Shown here piece by piece: positions 58,332 to 64,000 of a DNA stretch of 64,000 bases. How positions within the stretch are numbered: the stretch's first letter is position 1; each line of letters begins with the position of its first letter. Source of the DNA: an uncultured Acidimicrobiales bacterium (GTDB lineage Bacteria > Actinomycetota > Acidimicrobiia > Acidimicrobiales > UBA10347); contig CALSSD010000002.1 in NCBI GenBank assembly GCA_943788915.1, positions 135,812 to 199,811 of the forward strand, given 5' to 3'. A program made the translations under genes and the position numbers. The notes under the pieces are model-generated. The model did no database searches and was not told the DNA's origin. It saw only the letters and a list, made by a program, of their open reading frames with translations.

Positions 58332-60486
58332 TTAGAGGTCGAAGGGCATCAGCACGAGCGCCACCGTTGCATCGCATTCTCGAAGGATTCGCTCGACGGT
58401 GTGGCCCAGGAACGGCCTGCCATCTGGTCGACGTAGGTTGGCCCCCATCACCACAAGGTCAGCGTCGAGTTCGCGGACGAGGTCAAGGATTTCGTCGGCG
58501 GGTTCACCGGTGCGCAACGTTTGTTGCGTCTCGACACCCAATCCTTTGGCCATGACAGCCGCCTGGTCGAGCAATCCCTTGCCGACTTGTTCGCGCGACC
58601 GATGGTCGCCGCCTCGGTTCAGCAGCCCCTGCAACACATGCGGATCGGGCCGGGTCAGCACGTGCGAGAGATGTACCTCGGTACCCAAGTTCGCACTCAC
58701 ATTGAACGCAATCTCGCTTGCGGCTCGAGATGCCGGCGTGCCTCCGATCGGCACAACCACCTTGGCGTAGGCAGCGGGCAAACGATTCGCTCCGAGGGTG
58801 CGGTTCCTCCGCACCAATACAACTGGAATGGGGCTCACCGACAACACGTCGTCGACACGGCCAGAAATGACGGTTTCCTCGCGATCAAGTTCATCGGCAC
58901 CAAGGCCGATCACCCCAAAACCTAGAGCGCTCTCCAGCACGATGACATCGGCGATGGCTGCCTCGGTCGTCTTGACCTTCCGATGTTCGACATCGCGCCC
59001 GTACAACGTGTTCAACAGCGGTTCGATATTTGCACTGTCAGGGTCCTCGCCCGCAGTGATAACGGTCGCGGCTGCTGCTTCTGGCCACGCGAAGTGGAGG
59101 ATCTGGGCCGCTGCAATCGAAGCTGGGTCACCATCGCTGGGCAACAGCATCCGTGATGTATTCACGACGATGTTTTTGTCGAGTGCTGCCTCGCGAGATA
59201 AACGGGCCTGCTCGGCCTCGCTGCCGTCCCACCCACGCACGACAAGGCGCAGACCGATCGACGCGAACACACTGGTCACAACCGGCACCAGCACGATCGC
59301 AGTAAACGCCACCGTGTTAAAGACACCAACGGCCGCACCAACGGTAGCGATCACGATCTCGAGCGCACCTCGTGCGTTGAGCCCGGCACCGAGGGCGAGT
59401 GCCCCGCGATGAGAACGACCGGCCATTCGTGCGCCGGCATAAGCACCGATGAACTTGGCCACGATGGCGACCACGATGATGACGGCGGTCCAGGTGATTG
59501 CCGTTGCGTTGCCGAGTTCTCGAAGGTCAACCCGCAAACCGGCCGTAGCGAAGAAGATGGGAGCGAAGAACCCCAGCGTGAGCCCCTCGATCTGCTCGAG
59601 TGCATGTTCATGCTGGAACCGAGATCGGTGCAACACCACGCCAGCTACGAAGGCGCCCAACACGGCCTCGACACCAAGCTTCTGGGTCACAACCCCGAAA
59701 CCGAGCATCGACACCAGCGCCACGGTCAGCGCACCTGACACACCGGCCTCGACCTTGCGCATCTGACGCAGGGCCCGGTCCACGAAGCCGCTGACCAAGG
59801 GTCATGGCGACAGCCACAAAGATGAGTATCGGCACGACCGTCTTCAGGATCTGGACGACGCCAATCTCGCCCGAGGTAGCGAGCCCGGTGAACACACCCA
59901 ACATGAGCCAGCCAACAACATCGTTTGCCATGCCCGCAGCAACCGTGATCTGCCCGAAGTCCCGGCGCATCAGGCCGAGTTCGCTCAGGATCTTGGCAAC
60001 CACTGCGAGCGAGGACACGCTGAGCGCCAACGCCACGAACAACGCGAAGTTGACTCGTTCGGCGCCGTCGGCCAAGAAGATGTCGGGCAACGCGTACCCA
60101 ACTGCGAGCCCACCAATGAGCGGCAGGATCAAGCTCCCGGTGGTCACCAACGCGGCAGGTCGACCAAGTTTGCGGATCAGATCAAGGTCTGTCTCGAACC
60201 CGGTAACCACCAACAGCAGCGCCACACCAACCCACGCCACACCGAGCAGCGCAGCCGACTGCACCTCCTCGTGACCTTCGTTCAAAAACCAGTTGAAGCC
60301 GTCGGGCCAAACCGTGCCGAACACCGATGGCCCAAGAAGCAAACCAGCGCCGAGTTCGCCAATGACCCCTGGCAATCCGATTTTGCGCATCATCCACCCG
60401 AGCGAACGGGCAAATACCAGGATCACGAACAGTTGCACCCAAAAGACCAGGAGTTCGTGCTCTTCGATAGGGATCAGTTCAGCCAT
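58332..60486 (-). CDS. Cation:proton antiporter (CPA2) fused to USP domain(s), frameshift near 59790
   Basis: GELGAGLLLGPS, GFETD, NDVVGW in one frame; GAFVAG, APIFF, GLNARGALE and USP GHTVERIL in the other. Confidence 0.88.
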
Positions 60487-60511
60487 AAGTTACCTAGGGA
60501 GTGAATTTGGG

Positions 60512-61297
60512 CTAGAGAGCAAAGTCGGCGTAGATCGGAATGTGATCACTGGGTTTGTGCCCATCCCAGACTTTGCGGCCGTTGCGATCAACCAGTGCAC
60601 CAGTCACGGTGGCAAGCAGCGACTCCGTGGCCAGGATCAGATCAATGCGGATTCCCTGGCGTTTGTGGAATCGACCCGCGGTGTAGTCGTAATAGCTGAA
60701 GAGCCCTGGGTTATCGGGATACACGTGACGGAAAGTATCGGTGAGTCCCCAGTCCTTAATCGAGTCCAACGCATCGCGCTCACGCTGGGTCACATGGGTC
60801 TTGCCCGCAAACGCCTTGGTGTCCCACACATCGGCATCTTCAGGAGCGATATTGAAATCACCAAGAACCGCCAACGGTTCTTTCGGATCATGATTCTGGT
60901 CAAGGTGCACTCGAAGTCGGCTCAACCAATCAAGTTTGTAGTGGAAGTGTTCGTGATCGACCTCGCGCCCGTTCGGCACATAGACCGATGCGACACGTAC
61001 CCCACCACACGTTGCCCAGATCACTCGGGCGTCGACATCGGGATCGCCACCGTCGGCGAAGTCATGAACGACGTCGTCGAGCCCCACCTTGCTCAGAATG
61101 GCGACGCCATTCCATTGCCCCTGACCGTGATGGGCCGTGGTGTAACCCATGGCCTCGAACGCTTCGGCAGGAAACGATTCGTTGTCGAGTTTTGTTTCCT
61201 GAATACACACCACGTCGGGCTTCATCCGCTCAAGCCACTCTTCGACACGAGGCATCCGAGCATTGAGCGAGTTCACGTTCCAGCTAGCGATTCGCAT
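60512..61297 (-). CDS. xth: Exodeoxyribonuclease III
   Basis: SWNVNS, QETK, NGVAILS, YVPNG, GDFNIAP, RIDL, PSDH. Confidence 0.95.
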   Translation of the reverse strand: MRIASWNVNSLNARMPRVEEWLERMKPDVVCIQETKLDNESFPAEAFEAMGYTTAHHGQGQWNGVAILSKVGLDDVVHDFADGGDPDVDARVIWATCGGVRVASVYVPNGREVDHEHFHYKLDWLSRLRVHLDQNHDPKEPLAVLGDFNIAPEDADVWDTKAFAGKTHVTQRERDALDSIKDWGLTDTFRHVYPDNPGLFSYYDYTAGRFHKRQGIRIDLILATESLLATVTGALVDRNGRKVWDGHKPSDHIPIYADFAL

Positions 61298-61430
61298 GAC
61301 GCCCGAGACTAGCCATCAATGGCCAGTATGGGAGGACCCGAAGGCCGATGTTGACGAAACAAATGTACGTCAACAAAACACAATGTGAGGTTGAGAGACC
61401 AGCGGCGATTTAAGTTCGTACAATGTACGG

Positions 61431-64000
61431 ATGACTGATTCCGCCGCGCCTGGCGATTCTGAACGACACCCCGGGCCCAACGCTTGGTTGCTCGAAGAGA
61501 TGCGATCCCAGTTCGAGCATGAGCCTGATCGCCTCGACGACGATTCGCTGACCTTCTTTGCCACCGGCCGGTCCAATGGCGCCGCCGCGCTCGCAGCCAC
61601 GGCACCTGTTCAAGCGTTGCCGGCTACGACTACCCCATCAACTCATGGGGCACCAGCGCTGGCAGCTCCCGTTGCAACACCGACAGCAGCAGCGCCCGTC
61701 ACCGCTCCGACTACCGCAACACCAGCTGAGGTCGGAGAAGTTCCAGGCGAGCCGCTCCGCGGAGCTTCTGCCCGCATTGTCGAGAACATGGAAGCCAGCC
61801 TCAGCGTTCCGACCGCAACCAGCTTTCGTGACATTCCAGCCAAAATGCTCGAGGCCAACCGCCGGATCATCAACGGCCACATGAAACGCAGCCGCATCGG
61901 CAAAGCCAGCTTCACTCACCTGATCGCATGGGCCCTTGTCCGAGCCATCGCCGATCATGTCCCAACCATGAACTCGACCTATCTCGAGGGGCCCGACGGC
62001 AAACCTCGTATTCAGCGCCACGACCAGATCGGTCTCGGTGTGGCCATCGACGTGACAAAGAGCGATGGCAGCCGCACGCTGCTTGTCCCGACACTTCGCG
62101 ACGCCGCCGGCACCGACTTCATGGGGTTCGTGGCCAAATACGACGACCTGGTCGCCCGTGCCCGAGTCAACAAGCTCACACTCGACGACTTCGGTGGCAC
62201 CACCGTGTCGCTTACAAACCCTGGCGGCATCGGCACGGTCCAGTCCGTACCCCGACTGATGCCAACACAAGGCGTCATCGTCGGCGTTGGCTCAATCGCC
62301 CTGCCAGCGGCGTGGCAAGCTGCCGACTCTCGCACCGTGGCCGATCTGGGCATCTCCAAGGTCGTCACCGTCACCAGCACCTACGACCATCGCATCATCC
62401 AGGGCGCCGAGTCCGGCGAATTCCTGCGGGCCATTCACAGCCTGTTGATCGGCGAACACGACTTCTACAACCAGATCTTCGAGTCCGTCGGTGTTCCGTA
62501 CCAGGCCATCAACTTCAACCCCGATCGCACCACCAGCACCAGCGACGAGGCAATGACCAAACAGATCGCGGTGAACCAGTGCGTCAACATGCACCGGGTC
62601 CGCGGCCACCTGATCGCCAACCTCGATCCGCTGGGTTTGCGCGAGTCGTATGCCGACGTTGATATCGATCCTGAGACCTACGGGCTCACGGTGTGGGACC
62701 TCGACCGCGAGTTCCTCCACACCGATTACGCCTATGCCGGCAAGGCTGCTCCTCGCAAGATGATCTTGCGAGACATCCTGGGCGAGATGCGCGATGCCTA
62801 CTGCCGCACCGCAGGCATCGACTACATGCACATCCAAAACGCCGAAGAAAAACGATGGATCCAACGATCCGTCGAAGGCGTCAACCGCACCCCCGAAGAC
62901 GACGAGAAACGCCACATCCTCACCCGGCTCAATGCTGCCGAAGCGCTCGAGAGTTTCCTCGATCGCAAGTACCCCGGCACCAAGAGGTTCGGTCTTGAAG
63001 GCGGCGAGAGCGCCATCCCGATTCTCGACGCGATCGTCGGCGACGCCGCGGACGCTGGCCTCGGCGAAGTAATTGTCGGCATGGCTCACCGCGGCCGACT
63101 GAACGTATTGGTCAACATCGTGGGCAAGACCTACGAGCGGCTGTTCCGCGAATTCGAAGTCGGTGTCGAAGAAGGCGCCGTACAAGGCAGCGGCGACGTC
63201 AAGTACCACCTGGGTATGGAAGACGTCTTCACGTCTCGCCACGGCAACGATATTCCGATCCGACTGGCAGCGAACCCATCACACCTCGAAGCGGTGAACC
63301 CGGTTGTCGAGGGGCTCGCCCGGGCCAATTCTGATCTGTATCCGGTGAGTGAGGACACCCCCGAGTATCCCATCCTGCCGCTGTTAATTCACGGCGACGC
63401 GGCCTTCGCTGGTCAGGGTGTGGTCAGCGAGACACTCAGCATGTCGCAAATTGATGGCTTCGGTGTTGGCGGCACCGTCCACCTCGTCATCAACAACCAG
63501 GTTGGTTTCACCACCACTGCTGAGTCACAACGGTCGTCGACCTATCCAACCGACGTTGCCCGCATGATCCAGGCACCGATCTTCCATGTGAACGGCGACG
63601 ACCCTGAAGCCTGTGTGTGGGCCGCCCACCTCGCCTTCGAGTATCGCCAGCGTTTCAACAAGGACGTTGTCATCGACATGTGGTGTTACCGCCGTCGCGG
63701 TCACAACGAGGGCGATGACCCCAGCTACACCCAACCACTGATGTACCGCGTGATCGACGAACTGCCTTCAGTGCGTCATAAGTACCTGGAGCTGCTGGTT
63801 GATCGTGGCGATGTCGACGCGGAAGAAGAAGTGGCCGCACGGTTGGACTTCGACAATCGGTTGCAAGCCGCCCTCGATGCGACCCGCGATGCTGCTCCTC
63901 CCAAGGACCTCAGGGCCGCTGCTCCAGCGCCGGCGATCGGCGTGCTTCCCCATGTCGACACCGCTATCAGCCAGCACAGCGTCGACAAGATCTACACAGC
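61431..64000 (+). CDS. kgd: Multifunctional 2-oxoglutarate dehydrogenase/decarboxylase (E2-E1 fusion), truncated by the window end
   Basis: GPNAWLLEEM, YDHRIIQGAESG, RFGLEGGE, GMAHRGRLN, DVKYHLG, NPSHLE, HGDAAFAGQG, GHNEGDDP in one frame (spot-checked); TACAAT-N6-ATG. Confidence 0.93.
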   Translation, partial: MTDSAAPGDSERHPGPNAWLLEEMRSQFEHEPDRLDDDSLTFFATGRSNGAAALAATAPVQALPATTTPSTHGAPALAAPVATPTAAAPVTAPTTATPAEVGEVPGEPLRGASARIVENMEASLSVPTATSFRDIPAKMLEANRRIINGHMKRSRIGKASFTHLIAWALVRAIADHVPTMNSTYLEGPDGKPRIQRHDQIGLGVAIDVTKSDGSRTLLVPTLRDAAGTDFMGFVAKYDDLVARARVNKLTLDDFGGTTVSLTNPGGIGTVQSVPRLMPTQGVIVGVGSIALPAAWQAADSRTVADLGISKVVTVTSTYDHRIIQGAESGEFLRAIHSLLIGEHDFYNQIFESVGVPYQAINFNPDRTTSTSDEAMTKQIAVNQCVNMHRVRGHLIANLDPLGLRESYADVDIDPETYGLTVWDLDREFLHTDYAYAGKAAPRKMILRDILGEMRDAYCRTAGIDYMHIQNAEEKRWIQRSVEGVNRTPEDDEKRHILTRLNAAEALESFLDRKYPGTKRFGLEGGESAIPILDAIVGDAADAGLGEVIVGMAHRGRLNVLVNIVGKTYERLFREFEVGVEEGAVQGSGDVKYHLGMEDVFTSRHGNDIPIRLAANPSHLEAVNPVVEGLARANSDLYPVSEDTPEYPILPLLIHGDAAFAGQGVVSETLSMSQIDGFGVGGTVHLVINNQVGFTTTAESQRSSTYPTDVARMIQAPIFHVNGDDPEACVWAAHLAFEYRQRFNKDVVIDMWCYRRRGHNEGDDPSYTQPLMYRVIDELPSVRHKYLELLVDRGDVDAEEEVAARLDFDNRLQAALDATRDAAPPKDLRAAAPAPAIGVLPHVDTAISQHSVDKIYT

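Overview
This is a high-GC (roughly 60%) actinobacterial chromosomal segment. Gene content, synteny and pervasive leaderless TANNNT-N6-start promoters point to Acidimicrobiia (inference). The backbone is the conserved minus-strand block dak2-recG-rsmD-coaD-sepIVA-like-yceD-rpmF-plsX // acpP-rnc-fpg-like-smc // ftsY-ffh-rpsP-khpA-rimM-trmD-rplS. Accessory inserts interrupt it: an MprAB-like two-component system with HtrA, moxR-DUF58-VWA, a decaying vapBC, an ArsC/YccA/Mo-hydroxylase block, and GNAT/PTH2/HAD genes. Metabolic and repair genes follow (pckA, a CysM-like synthase, hsp20, an MshB-like deacetylase, a CaiB CoA-transferase, uvrD2, an acyl-CoA carboxyltransferase, xth, and a partial kgd). 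No rRNA, tRNA, CRISPR array or transposase was found. Main findings missed by the ORF track: (1) an ArsC-family gene with an in-frame TGA at the catalytic Cys12 position followed by a bacterial SECIS-like hairpin, so a probable selenoprotein; (2) a ~74-nt structured repeat family at 3.2 kb and 53 kb whose copies begin exactly after a stop codon; (3) an intact Fpg homologue that has lost essentially all catalytic and zinc-finger residues; (4) two small leaderless ORFs and an 11-mer amphipathic protein between ftsY and ffh. Seven genes are broken mostly by +1 insertions, which most likely are long-read assembly errors.
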